A stretch of DNA of 61,622 bases, counting the filler. It is 5 parts of 5 records of this genome, joined end to end, with 100 filler letters (N's around TTAATTAATTAA, not from the genome) between each part and the next. Parts side by side here need not be neighbours in the genome. Positions count along the whole stretch, not along the records: positions 1 to 22,179 come from SRR31156797_10529; 4 more parts are not named here. The stretch is one strand, 5' to 3'. The position numbers were made by a program, and so were the translations under genes. Within the stretch, counting starts at the first letter, position 1, and each line of letters opens with the position of its first letter. Positions 9,371 through 18,960 of the stretch are shown here, in pieces. The notes below the pieces were generated by a model. The model saw nothing but the letters and a program-made list of their open reading frames with translations, was not told the DNA's origin and did not search any database.

Positions 9371-10771
9371 TTACTTTACACCCTTAGCTTTTAAGGGAGG
9401 ACAATACTGTTTCAGCTTACTCAACAAAGCTGGGTAGCTAATTTCAAGCATCCTGGCGGCCATACTTTTATTTCCGTTTGCGGCCTCCATCGCCCTGGAT
9501 ATCATCTTCTCCTCCATGATTACTTTCGCCTTTTTAAGTGAATACGTCCCAAAGTAATCATTAATTCTTCTATTTTGAGAAGCGGCACCAAAACCATCGG
9601 GAAGATTCTCCGGCAAAATGATCTCTTTTTCAGCCAAAACCACCCCATGTTCGATTGCATTTTCCAACTCCCTCACATTTCCCGGCCAATCATGTTTTAC
9701 TATGAGTTCCATAGCTTTTGGCGAAATTTCTTTTACTGACTTACCGAGCTGCAAAGCAATTTTTCTAATAAAATATTGGCATAAATCAGCGAGATCATCA
9801 CGTCTTTCCCGTAATGCGGGCAGTTGAATATTGATGACATTAAGACGATAAAAAAGATCTTCTCTAAATTCGCCGCGCTCGACCATGGACCATAGATTTC
9901 TAGCGGTTGCGGCAATAATCCTTACATCGAGGGGCGTATTTTCTGTAGAACCAAGTCTACGGATTTCATTTTCCTGCAACACCCGAAGTAACTTAACTTG
10001 CATAGCAAGAGGTAATTCTCCTATTTCATCCAAAAACATAGTCCCAAATTCAGCTTCTTCAAACAAACCAGCTTTAGCCTTGTCAGCGCCTGTAAAAGCA
10101 CCTTTCACATAGCCAAAAAGTTCACTTTCAAGTAAATTTTCTGGAATGGAACCACAATTCACTGCTATAAACTTAGCGTCCTTACGATTGCTCACTTCAT
10201 GAAGCCCTCGTGCCACCAATTCTTTTCCCGTACCCGATTCCCCGGTCACAAGAACGGTAGTATTATACTGAGAGACTTTCCGAGCCAGCTCAAAAACAGA
10301 TTGCATTGGAGATGATTTCCCAACCATCCCCGCGAAATTGTTTTCTTCGCCAACGCGTTCGATCTTCCTTTTTAATTTTTTGTTCTCATCGATCAGTAAA
10401 TTTCGTTCCTCAGCTTTTTGCAGTACAAGTAATATTTCATCCTCTTTAAAGGGCTTGGCAATATAATCATAAGCACCAAGCTTCATCGCCTGCACAGCAT
10501 CGTCAATCGTTCCATAGGCAGACATCATAATAAAAGTGACATCTGTTTGTAATTTTCTTGCCTCTTTTAAAAATTCCAAACCGTTAATTCGGGGCATACG
10601 CACATCGCAAAGTACGTATCGAAAACATTGTTTTTTCAATAAGCCCAGCCCCTGTTCCCCATCTTCAGCTTCTGACAACAAATACCCATGGCGACCAAGC
10701 AGCATACTCAACATATGCCGCATATTTTCTTCATCATCAACAATGAGCAGCGACTTTAAATCATGATCCAT
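9371..10771 (-). CDS. pilR: Sigma54-dependent response regulator (REC-AAA+-Fis HTH), PilR-like
   Basis: REC LIVDDE; GESGTGKE; ESELFG..GAFTGA; WPGNVRELEN; pilin context. Confidence 0.85.
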   Translation of the reverse strand: MDHDLKSLLIVDDEENMRHMLSMLLGRHGYLLSEAEDGEQGLGLLKKQCFRYVLCDVRMPRINGLEFLKEARKLQTDVTFIMMSAYGTIDDAVQAMKLGAYDYIAKPFKEDEILLVLQKAEERNLLIDENKKLKRKIERVGEENNFAGMVGKSSPMQSVFELARKVSQYNTTVLVTGESGTGKELVARGLHEVSNRKDAKFIAVNCGSIPENLLESELFGYVKGAFTGADKAKAGLFEEAEFGTMFLDEIGELPLAMQVKLLRVLQENEIRRLGSTENTPLDVRIIAATARNLWSMVERGEFREDLFYRLNVINIQLPALRERRDDLADLCQYFIRKIALQLGKSVKEISPKAMELIVKHDWPGNVRELENAIEHGVVLAEKEIILPENLPDGFGAASQNRRINDYFGTYSLKKAKVIMEEKMISRAMEAANGNKSMAARMLEISYPALLSKLKQYCPPLKAKGVK

Positions 10772-10783
10772 AAATCAACTCGT

Positions 10784-12301
10784 TCAACACTCACATTCTT
10801 TACCTGAAGGTAAACGTATTTGCATACTTCCCCCAGATACACCATCACTTTCAAAGTCCATTCCACCACCCATTGCCTCAACGATAGAGTGCGACACGGC
10901 AAGCCCCAGCCCTGTCCCTTTGCCTGGCTCCTTGGTGGTAAAGAAAGGATCAAATATATTTTCATGCAGCTTGGTTGAAAGACCTACTCCGTTATCACTC
11001 ACAGTGATGACGAGTTCGCTGCCTGTTAAACATGCTTCATTTCGAGTAGAAATAGTGATAGCACCACCAGCATCTCCGTAGCGTTCTGTTACAGCATCTA
11101 CAGAGTTGAGAAGACAATTTAACAACACTTGCCTCAAACTATCAGGCGACCCAAAAAGCATGTCATCGATAGCGCTGCACTCAATAAAAAAGGATATATT
11201 CTTATTTTCTTTGCCGAATTTTATAGCGTCCACAACAGCTTTCACAATAGGATGGGCATAAAATATTTGCTGTTGCAAAGGTATCGGCTTACAGCAGTCT
11301 GCCATCTGGCGAACTAAGCTGTTTACCCTAACCAACTCACTTTCTGCACGACGGAGAAACTCCGCCTTCTCTGTCCATGGAATATCTTGTTTCTTTAACA
11401 ACTCCAAATAACCAGTCACGATGCCAATAGGATTGCCTATTTCATGGGCAACTCCAGCAGCCAACCTTCCAGCAGCCGCCATCTTTTCAGCTTGAATCAT
11501 TTTCACTCGACCTGACTCAAGCTCAGCATTAGCATTTTTTAACTGTTTAATTGTTTTTTCGAGCCGTTGCTGATCGTCTTCGATATTTTCCAGCATACTC
11601 TGAAGGGAAGCAGACACCAGTCCAAACTCGCCCCCTCCCCTCACCTTCAAACCATGAAAAAAAGCTGGGCCGCGGTAGCTGTCTGCAACACTTACGAGAT
11701 TATCAAGGGGCCGAAATATCCTTTTGGACAACCTGAAAAAAAACAATGCAGATAAAAAAACGGCGTTGGTCAAAAGATAAACAAAAATAACCTTCTGTTT
11801 TTCCAACAAGGATGCTTTGATCGAGCTGGTCGGGATAGAAACACCAAACAATTGCCCCCTTTTTTCAAGGGGCAACCCAATGTTAATAAAATGATCCCGC
11901 CACCACCCGGCCCCTGTAATCCTTTTTACTACTTTCTCAGACCCCGCACTCTCAACAAGTACCGCTGTTAAAGAAGCCTGACATGTGTCATCGAATTTGG
12001 CCCAGTCAGAGGAAAGTTCACCCCAAAACAAACATTTTGCACCTAGCTCTTCCAATTCCCTTATAAGAATTAACGAACTGTCTAGCTGCCCACCTGGTGA
12101 CAGTTTTTGTGTTACTTCAAAATATCGCACCAATTGCTGTTCCAAGGAAACACTCTCCCTGGAAAGCACATCGCCAAACCAAAAAACGAGAACGATCCCA
12201 TTTGCAAGCAACATCGCAAAAAGAAAAAAAACAAAACTGCCGCACCCAACTGTCAGCTTTAGATTTTTCATGTAGTTATATATAAAGTTTACACCTTGCA
12301 A
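10784..12301 (-). CDS. pilS: Membrane sensor histidine kinase, PilS-like (true start may be MKNLK near 12271)
   Basis: Two TM segments, AHEIGNP H-box, DNGVG, FDPFFTTK, GTGLGL; upstream of pilR. Confidence 0.75.
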   Translation of the reverse strand: MQGVNFIYNYMKNLKLTVGCGSFVFFLFAMLLANGIVLVFWFGDVLSRESVSLEQQLVRYFEVTQKLSPGGQLDSSLILIRELEELGAKCLFWGELSSDWAKFDDTCQASLTAVLVESAGSEKVVKRITGAGWWRDHFINIGLPLEKRGQLFGVSIPTSSIKASLLEKQKVIFVYLLTNAVFLSALFFFRLSKRIFRPLDNLVSVADSYRGPAFFHGLKVRGGGEFGLVSASLQSMLENIEDDQQRLEKTIKQLKNANAELESGRVKMIQAEKMAAAGRLAAGVAHEIGNPIGIVTGYLELLKKQDIPWTEKAEFLRRAESELVRVNSLVRQMADCCKPIPLQQQIFYAHPIVKAVVDAIKFGKENKNISFFIECSAIDDMLFGSPDSLRQVLLNCLLNSVDAVTERYGDAGGAITISTRNEACLTGSELVITVSDNGVGLSTKLHENIFDPFFTTKEPGKGTGLGLAVSHSIVEAMGGGMDFESDGVSGGSMQIRLPSGKECEC

Positions 12302-12411
12302 AAAACAAACGACTAATATCTATATATCACATTTAAGGTTACAAATAAAACCTCAGAAGCAGAAAAACAAAGCACTCCTACGTATATTAAACAATAAACA
12401 GCAGCCGCCAG

Positions 12412-12426
12412 TGACATTATTTGTCA
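12412..12426. promoter_or_regulatory. Palindromic candidate PilR enhancer
   Basis: TGACA-TTATT-TGTCA, about 140 bp upstream of the pilA -24 element. Confidence 0.55.
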
Positions 12427-12565
12427 TTGGCTAGAAAAATTTAGCCACAATACGTCACTTAAGGAAAATATTTGACTACAACCTTTCGAAAAAAAATACA
12501 AAAGAAACGGCCGCTTTTATTTTAACCCATTGAAAAATCGGACTTTTGAACTTATCACTTAAATT

Positions 12566-12581
12566 TGGCACGCTAAATGCT
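12566..12581 (+). promoter_or_regulatory. Sigma54 -24/-12 promoter of pilA
   Basis: TGGCACGCTAAATGCT matches TGGCACG-N4-(T)TGC(T/A). Confidence 0.88.
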
Positions 12582-12646
12582 TATTAGAAACAAATCACGT
12601 AAGGATTCAAGATGGAACATTCACAAATATTTTTATGGAGGATCAC

Positions 12647-12880
12647 ATGATTCGAGCGTTTAACAGACAATTGAAAAGAAACAATGGTCAAAAGGGTTTT
12701 ACTCTGATCGAATTAATGATCGTTGTCGCTATCATCGGTATTCTGGCAGCAATTGCCATCCCACAGTTTGCTAAATACCGTGCACGTGCACAGAACACAG
12801 CATCTCTTTCTGATGACAGAGGCGCTAGAACAGATATGGAAGCTTATTACGCAGAATGGCAGCATTACCCGAAAGGGTGA
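12647..12880 (+). CDS. pilA: Short type IVa major pilin (PilA-N type, 60 aa mature)
   Basis: GGAGG RBS precedes the ATG at 12647; [27 protein letters not shown]; ends after the alpha1 helix at ...WQHYPKG. Confidence 0.93.
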   Translation: MIRAFNRQLKRNNGQKGFTLIELMIVVAIIGILAAIAIPQFAKYRARAQNTASLSDDRGARTDMEAYYAEWQHYPKG

Positions 12881-12951
12881 CACCTTACCTCATTTGGTGA
12901 CTACGTAAAATTGACCTAGTAATTATACTTATAAAAATCGAGGATAAAATA

Positions 12952-13365
12952 ATGAAAAAAAATCAGATTATAGGCGCCTTCTGTGCTACCTGTTTTGCAA
13001 CACTTCTTTTATCAACAAATGCCATGGCTGCTGCTACCGGAACCATTACAGATACGACAGGTACCATTCCTGATGGAAATCAGCCAGGCATTGCAGTTAA
13101 ATTAAGCCCTGGTGTACATTTAGCCTATAACCTTGATCCAGCAGTCGGAGGCGTAGGAGGTGGTACAAGTTTTGCGATTAACACCATGAACGTCAATGTA
13201 AAAATGGACGCAGACGGCGCTACCACTGATCGTAATGAATATGGGATTGCAAATGATTATCCCGGATATTACATGCGCATGGCAGCCACTCAAGCTATTG
13301 CAGCTCCAGCCCAAAATGACAGCTCAGCTTTCCCTACTGCCGCTGGTGTTTGGACTGCTCAGTAA
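12952..13365 (+). CDS. Secreted PilA-C-like partner of the short pilin
   Basis: Sec signal peptide ending AMA. Motifs VKLSPGVHLAY, SFAINTMN and C-terminal WTAQ resemble my recollection of Geobacter PilA-C. Lies directly after the short pilA. Confidence 0.75.
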   Translation: MKKNQIIGAFCATCFATLLLSTNAMAAATGTITDTTGTIPDGNQPGIAVKLSPGVHLAYNLDPAVGGVGGGTSFAINTMNVNVKMDADGATTDRNEYGIANDYPGYYMRMAATQAIAAPAQNDSSAFPTAAGVWTAQ

Positions 13366-13395
13366 ACCCTGACAGGGTTACTCGATCCAGCAAAA

Positions 13396-13429
13396 GGAGT
13401 AGGCATAAATATATCTTTATGCCTACTCC
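13396..13429 (+). terminator. Perfect 14-bp stem-loop after the pilin pair
   Basis: GGAGTAGGCATAAA-TATATC-TTTATGCCTACTCC followed by CATTT. Confidence 0.75.
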
Positions 13430-13434
13430 CATTT

Positions 13435-14232
13435 ATGACACTTAAAAATGTTTTATTTATGTCTCTAAATATTGTTTCATTTGCAAAAATTAATAAAACA
13501 TACAAATCTGAGGTCGGAAAAAGACCGGTCACGGCCCTCCAAGAAATTTCCTTTCAAGTAAACAAAGGAGAAGTTCTAGGAATTATCGGACCAAACGGTG
13601 CGGGTAAATCAACAGCCTTAAAGATACTACTCGGTTTCGTGCGCCAGGATAACGGTCAAGTATTACTTAACAATCTCCCCCCTTCAAACCCCAAAAGTCA
13701 TAATAGAACAGGGTATCTTCCCGAACACCCCTGTCTCTACAAACATCTTTCCATATACGACCACCTCAAGTTTGCAGCGCGAATGCACAATCTACCTAAG
13801 ACAGGATTAGAAAAGAAAATCCTAGCTATCCTTGAGCGGGTTAATTTGCAGGAAAGCGTAAATGTCCCCATCAGACATTTTTCCAAAGGTATGACTCAGC
13901 GGGGAGCGCTGGCATTCGCCCTGATCAATGACCCTGAAATCCTCATCCTTGATGAACCAATGTCAGGACTGGATCCTGTAGGGAGACAACTCGTCCTTGA
14001 TATTATTCAGGAGTACAAACAAAAAGGCACCACCATTCTCTTCTGCTCACATATCCTCACGGATGTAGAACGAATATGCGATCGTATCTCAATTATGCAC
14101 AAGGGCAGCCTGGTTGATACAATTACCCCTTATGATCTCAAAAACACCAAACCAGCAAACAAGAACCCTTTACAATCGCCTTTAGAGTCTTTCTTTTTCC
14201 AAACCATCCAGTCCGAGGCACAACAGCCATGA
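13435..14232 (+). CDS. ABC transporter ATP-binding protein (pilus-associated, Geobacter Xap / Myxococcus PilH type)
   Basis: GPNGAGKS, FSKGMTQR, LILDEPMSGLD, SHIL; follows the pilin genes. Confidence 0.9.
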   Translation: MTLKNVLFMSLNIVSFAKINKTYKSEVGKRPVTALQEISFQVNKGEVLGIIGPNGAGKSTALKILLGFVRQDNGQVLLNNLPPSNPKSHNRTGYLPEHPCLYKHLSIYDHLKFAARMHNLPKTGLEKKILAILERVNLQESVNVPIRHFSKGMTQRGALAFALINDPEILILDEPMSGLDPVGRQLVLDIIQEYKQKGTTILFCSHILTDVERICDRISIMHKGSLVDTITPYDLKNTKPANKNPLQSPLESFFFQTIQSEAQQP

Positions 14233-15041
14233 GGGTAATTTATGATATAGCAATATTCACCTTCAAGGAAGGGCTACGCCACAGGATACTATATGGGGTG
14301 GTTGTATTTGCAAGCCTCATGATATGCTTATCAGTACTATTAAGCGGTATGTTCATGCGAGATATAAGTAAAATACTGCTAGATATCTGCCTCTCTGCTG
14401 TCAGCTTGGGAGGTTTACTAGTACCCTTTTTTTTAGCCATAAATCTTATTGCTTACGATTTAGAATCAAGAACAGTTTACTCAATCCTCTCCCTGCCTGT
14501 CTCCCGCAGCAAATACATTCTAGGGAAATACTTTGGCCTTAGCCTCCTTACTCTTTTAATAATGGCAGTACTCACAGCGGCTACCTTTTGTGCGATTCAA
14601 GGCGGGGTGTTCTTATTTTCTGCCTATTATTTTTCGTCAATTTCTGCAGCATCAATAATTATAGCAGTAGTAGTGGCAGCACTTGGCAACATGGTCCTTC
14701 TTAGCTGCGTATTTCTATGGAGTAGTGTCACTACCAGCGCCTTTCTGGTTACCTTGCTCACCCTTGCAACGTATATTATTGGACAAACAATAGAAGAAAT
14801 TGTCCGATTTATGGCAGTTCAAACACCTGGTGTTTCCTTTTCGCCTATTTTTAAAAAAGCAATTGAAGTTATCCTTTATATTTTTCCAAACCTATCCTCG
14901 TTCGACCTCAAGCAACAGGCCGCCCACGCACAAATAATATCACTGCAACACACCGGCTTATTGGCAGGTTACGGTTTCGCCTATATTGCAGTAGTACTTG
15001 GTTTGACCATTTACTTTTTTTCACATCGCGATCTCTCATGA
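14229..15041 (+). CDS. ABC-2 type permease (Xap / PilI type)
   Basis: About 6 TM segments; DLESRTVYSILSLPVSRSKYILGKY; overlaps the ATPase stop. Confidence 0.85.
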   Translation: MRVIYDIAIFTFKEGLRHRILYGVVVFASLMICLSVLLSGMFMRDISKILLDICLSAVSLGGLLVPFFLAINLIAYDLESRTVYSILSLPVSRSKYILGKYFGLSLLTLLIMAVLTAATFCAIQGGVFLFSAYYFSSISAASIIIAVVVAALGNMVLLSCVFLWSSVTTSAFLVTLLTLATYIIGQTIEEIVRFMAVQTPGVSFSPIFKKAIEVILYIFPNLSSFDLKQQAAHAQIISLQHTGLLAGYGFAYIAVVLGLTIYFFSHRDLS

Positions 15042-15925
15042 AAAAAAGTATTTCCCTGGTCATCGTTGTCTGTATTGCAGGTACCTTGAGCTGGTACACA
15101 TGCAAACAACTTTTCACCCTTCATAGCGGACAACTAAACTCCCTAGAAACACTCAGCATTCTTCCTCCTGAAATAGTCAAAACAGCATCTTTTGAATTTA
15201 AAGGCATTACGTCCGACTACATAATGCTACAGACGATGACTTATTTGGGGCAGCACCTCCTGGCACGGACAACCCCCAACATGGACGAGTGGGGAAATGT
15301 ATATAATCTTTTGAAATTAGTTATACACCTTGATCCGTTATTCTGGGACCCTTACGTGCTGGTGGAAACCATGCTCATAATGCAAGCAGGAATGGTTGAG
15401 CAAGGCAACGAACTCCTTGAACAGGCTGCAGAAACCCGCACACAGGATTATCGTCCCTATTTTCTACTCTGGTACAATGCGTTTTATTTGCAGGGAGATA
15501 TTGAAAAGGCAGAGCAATACATGAACAAGGCAGTGCAGCGGCCCAATGCCCCTACCTATTTAGCTGGTGTGGCATCAAGGATGAGCCTCCAAACAGGACG
15601 CCTGGAAAGCAGCATTGTACTGCTGACGCAATTAATGCATGAAACACCTAACCCCACCTACAAGAAATATTTACAAAAACGAATAGTTGCGCTGCAAATG
15701 TTGGGGTATTTAGAAGTAGGTGTCAGCAAATATAAGAACAAATTTAACAAACTACCCAAAGATCTTAACGAACTTGTTCAATTACAATTGATAGAAAAAA
15801 TCCCAACTGATCCCTATGGCGGTTCTTTTTTCCTTACAAAAGAGGGCAGCGTCTACACGACTTCAAAGCTAATCCAGACAAACAAAAAAAAGACCAAAGC
15901 AAATATCCAGGAAGAAGCAAAATAA
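15038..15925 (+). CDS. Membrane-anchored TPR-like protein with C-terminal GspG-like LxxL...IPxDPYGG motif
   Basis: N-terminal hydrophobic helix, helical repeats, LPKDLNELV..IEKIPTDPYGG; coupled to the ABC genes. Confidence 0.65.
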   Translation: MKKSISLVIVVCIAGTLSWYTCKQLFTLHSGQLNSLETLSILPPEIVKTASFEFKGITSDYIMLQTMTYLGQHLLARTTPNMDEWGNVYNLLKLVIHLDPLFWDPYVLVETMLIMQAGMVEQGNELLEQAAETRTQDYRPYFLLWYNAFYLQGDIEKAEQYMNKAVQRPNAPTYLAGVASRMSLQTGRLESSIVLLTQLMHETPNPTYKKYLQKRIVALQMLGYLEVGVSKYKNKFNKLPKDLNELVQLQLIEKIPTDPYGGSFFLTKEGSVYTTSKLIQTNKKKTKANIQEEAK

Positions 15926-15943
15926 TTGCTGCCCGCCAGCAAC

Positions 15944-18097
15944 TTACCGCTTATCACCACGCTCTAACCTTTTCAAGTTAGCGGCAGCCATTTTATTTTC
16001 AGGCATCACTCGTAAAGCAGCTTTAAAATACATACTGGCCTCATTAAGTTTTCCCTCTTTCAAGAATATCATACCCATATTATTTAACGAATTACTGACC
16101 AAGGGAATATTACCAATAACATCCTGGTAACCTTTGGCTGCGTTCACAAAATCATTTTTCGAAAAAAGTATATTAGCCAAATTATACTGAGCAGCGACAA
16201 AAAAGGGCGCGAGACGAACCGCCTCCTCATAATGTTGCTGTATTTTATCTGGCTCACTCACAGCTCCATAGATTCTAGCCAAATTATAATGAACAATTGC
16301 CTGTTCTTTGTTTAGCTCAAGTGATTTAATATATGTATCCTTGGCTTCTTCGATTTGGTTAGTTGCCAGGTAAGCGGTGCCAAGTTGATTTAACAATTCT
16401 GTATTGTGGGTCGTTTTAAGCAAAGCGTTTTTTAGAAAGGGTATCGCCTCTGATGCCTTTCCATTTTCCAGCAATAAAATACCGAGATTCATATTGGCCA
16501 AAGAATAACCGGGATCCAGGCGTAGAGCTTTTCGCAGTTGTTTCTCAGCAGAAATGACATGCCCTTGGAGCTTATAGACGGTGGCAAGGTTACATATAGC
16601 GTCAACATATTTAGGCAATATGCTAATAGCCTCTTGGAAATAACCCTTTGCCCTTTCAAGATCGTTTTCTTTAAACGCTACCCAACCAAGATTATGCACG
16701 GCTGCTTGGTATGCAGGGTTAACATCTACAGCAAGTTCAAACTGCTCTTTTGCTTGAGCTAACTTATCCTGTTCAAGCAATGCCACACCCAAATTATTAT
16801 GCGACCTGGCCTTATCGGGTTGCTTGAGAACCGAATCCTGCCAAAATGTTACAGGATCCTGATAAACTTGATTTCTCTCATAAGTCCAATACGAAAAAAG
16901 CAAAACAATAAAAACTAAAATTGCGCTTGGAACAATTTTATAACGAAACAACCGGTAAACAAGAAGCACACAGAACAACACAAAAAACACTGAAGGAAGA
17001 TATGTCCGGTGCTCAAAAACCATCTCAAGGCAAATGAAAGAAGATTCTATCGCAAGATTACCAAAAAACCAAAATATACAAAAAGCTAACAGCCGTTCAC
17101 GTTTCGCGAGAATACAGGCAGAAACAAGGACTACACAACCCGCTACAAACGAAACAATGGTCGTAATGGGAGTTAGCCAAGCAGTTGAAACTGGCATATT
17201 ATAATCAAAAACCAATCGGCCAGGAGAAGGATACAGCAACAAAGAAATATAATGCCACACAACCCTTGGTTGGGTGAGAAGACGTTCCCCCATTGTAAAG
17301 TCTCGAGAACTGCACCCATTTAAAACATAGCGAACAGGGTGACCGTTTAGATAAAAATATGCAAAAGCGGCAAAGATAAGCAGTAAGCCAAGCAGCCACG
17401 GAATTTTCTTTTTTAACCAGTTCCATTTGAGATCCTGAAAAAAGAACCATTCATAGAGAAAAATAAACGCGGGTAATGTAGCAGCATTTTCTTTTGAACC
17501 TATTGCTAACCCAGCAGAGAGAGCACTAAACAAAAAAATCCACCACGTGAACAACCTACCTTTATTACACTTATTATCGCCCTCCTGCTTTTCCCTGGCA
17601 ACGACGTATAGATAGATTGACACGATATAAAAAAAAGCAGCCATAACGCTCATCCGTTGCACAATGTACGTAACAGATTGCGTAGCCAATGGATGCACCA
17701 ACCAGAGCAAGGCGCTTAACTCAGCGATCCATTCATAATGAACAGATGTTGAGCAAAACAGAGCCCGATGCAAGGTTCTTCGGAGTAGTAAATAGAGAAA
17801 AAAGCCTGCTAAAACATGGAAGACAATATTAACGGCATGATATCCTGGAAGCTCATAACCGTGAAAAAAATAGTTTAAGGCAAAACTTAAATTTGAGACA
17901 GGTCGCTCGCCTAGTTCACCTCCAACAAGTGCACCAACTATCGAATCTTGTGTAAATTCATTAATCCTCAACTCAGGATGCTGAATATTACGGGCATCGT
18001 CAAAAAGAAAGGGAACATGGAACACGTTACTATAAATAGAGAAGCCAACAGCAAGAACCAAGATAAAAAAGCAAGCATACCTTTTGGATAAGTACAT
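15944..18097 (-). CDS. TMTC-like GT-C membrane glycosyltransferase with C-terminal TPR array
   Basis: FLFDD, RPVSNLSFALNY, YHAVNIVFH, VHPLATQSVTYIVQR, SKENA, EHRTYLPS, then about 8 TPRs. Confidence 0.8.
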   Translation of the reverse strand: MYLSKRYACFFILVLAVGFSIYSNVFHVPFLFDDARNIQHPELRINEFTQDSIVGALVGGELGERPVSNLSFALNYFFHGYELPGYHAVNIVFHVLAGFFLYLLLRRTLHRALFCSTSVHYEWIAELSALLWLVHPLATQSVTYIVQRMSVMAAFFYIVSIYLYVVAREKQEGDNKCNKGRLFTWWIFLFSALSAGLAIGSKENAATLPAFIFLYEWFFFQDLKWNWLKKKIPWLLGLLLIFAAFAYFYLNGHPVRYVLNGCSSRDFTMGERLLTQPRVVWHYISLLLYPSPGRLVFDYNMPVSTAWLTPITTIVSFVAGCVVLVSACILAKRERLLAFCIFWFFGNLAIESSFICLEMVFEHRTYLPSVFFVLFCVLLVYRLFRYKIVPSAILVFIVLLFSYWTYERNQVYQDPVTFWQDSVLKQPDKARSHNNLGVALLEQDKLAQAKEQFELAVDVNPAYQAAVHNLGWVAFKENDLERAKGYFQEAISILPKYVDAICNLATVYKLQGHVISAEKQLRKALRLDPGYSLANMNLGILLLENGKASEAIPFLKNALLKTTHNTELLNQLGTAYLATNQIEEAKDTYIKSLELNKEQAIVHYNLARIYGAVSEPDKIQQHYEEAVRLAPFFVAAQYNLANILFSKNDFVNAAKGYQDVIGNIPLVSNSLNNMGMIFLKEGKLNEASMYFKAALRVMPENKMAAANLKRLERGDKR

Positions 18098-18960
18098 TAA
18101 AACTCCTAGGCCAATGTCATTGGCTTAAGGTTAGACTTTAATAGTAACATTTAATAACTGCATGTTAGGTTATTTTTAGGCTCATTCGCTCACCCTTCAA
18201 ATCTGTCTTGCGTAAGGACAGAGAAGCATGTATTTTTTGTAAAAAAGTTAACATTCTGGTGTGGAACCTGATATTAGTACACATGTGGCGAAATGATTGA
18301 TTTTATAAAAAATACTACGTTCTCATTCTCCTCTCTAACAGATTTGACAGAAGAAAACCATTTGACTTTCACCAGAAAATTACCCTTTGTGGTTATATCC
18401 TTAACCTCTGTAACATTACCAAAAGCTCATATCAACAGGAGCTGTCAGATTCTGAGGGATTCTAAACTCTTTTACAAAAAAAATCAGGGGGCGTTTCTTG
18501 CAAATTTCCCAGTACCTTTATTGGCGTTATGTGATCGATGATTCTAATCGATATGGTGATTGTAAATCTGGCTATATCAAGAAAAGATCCCTTAAGGTTG
18601 CAGCCGGTTTAAATTTGGCTTGATTGAGGAAAATCTTAGTTCGGCCATTGAATCGTACCAACATCCTGTTTGTTTGAATCACTGTGAATTTACTATAGAT
18701 GCGGAATCAAACTTTTTAGACACGACGCATTAACCATGATATCTTGACATTAAGTTTCATAGACATTCTACGTGGCTTTTTTTGGCAGCACAGAATATTT
18801 CCATAGAATCCAACAAAATCCTATTATTTCAAAATGTTAACTTGCAACATCTACCCCACCTCTTTTTTACTAGAGGCTCTTGACTTTTTTAAACGCCAGT
18901 TATCCCAGAGCAAATATTGGTAGAGAAAACTTAACAGGCTGTGGATTTTCAAAAAACACT

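Noticed and set aside
18293-18541. 82-aa ORF in the intergenic region
   Set aside because: No RBS or recognisable domain; cannot be supported.
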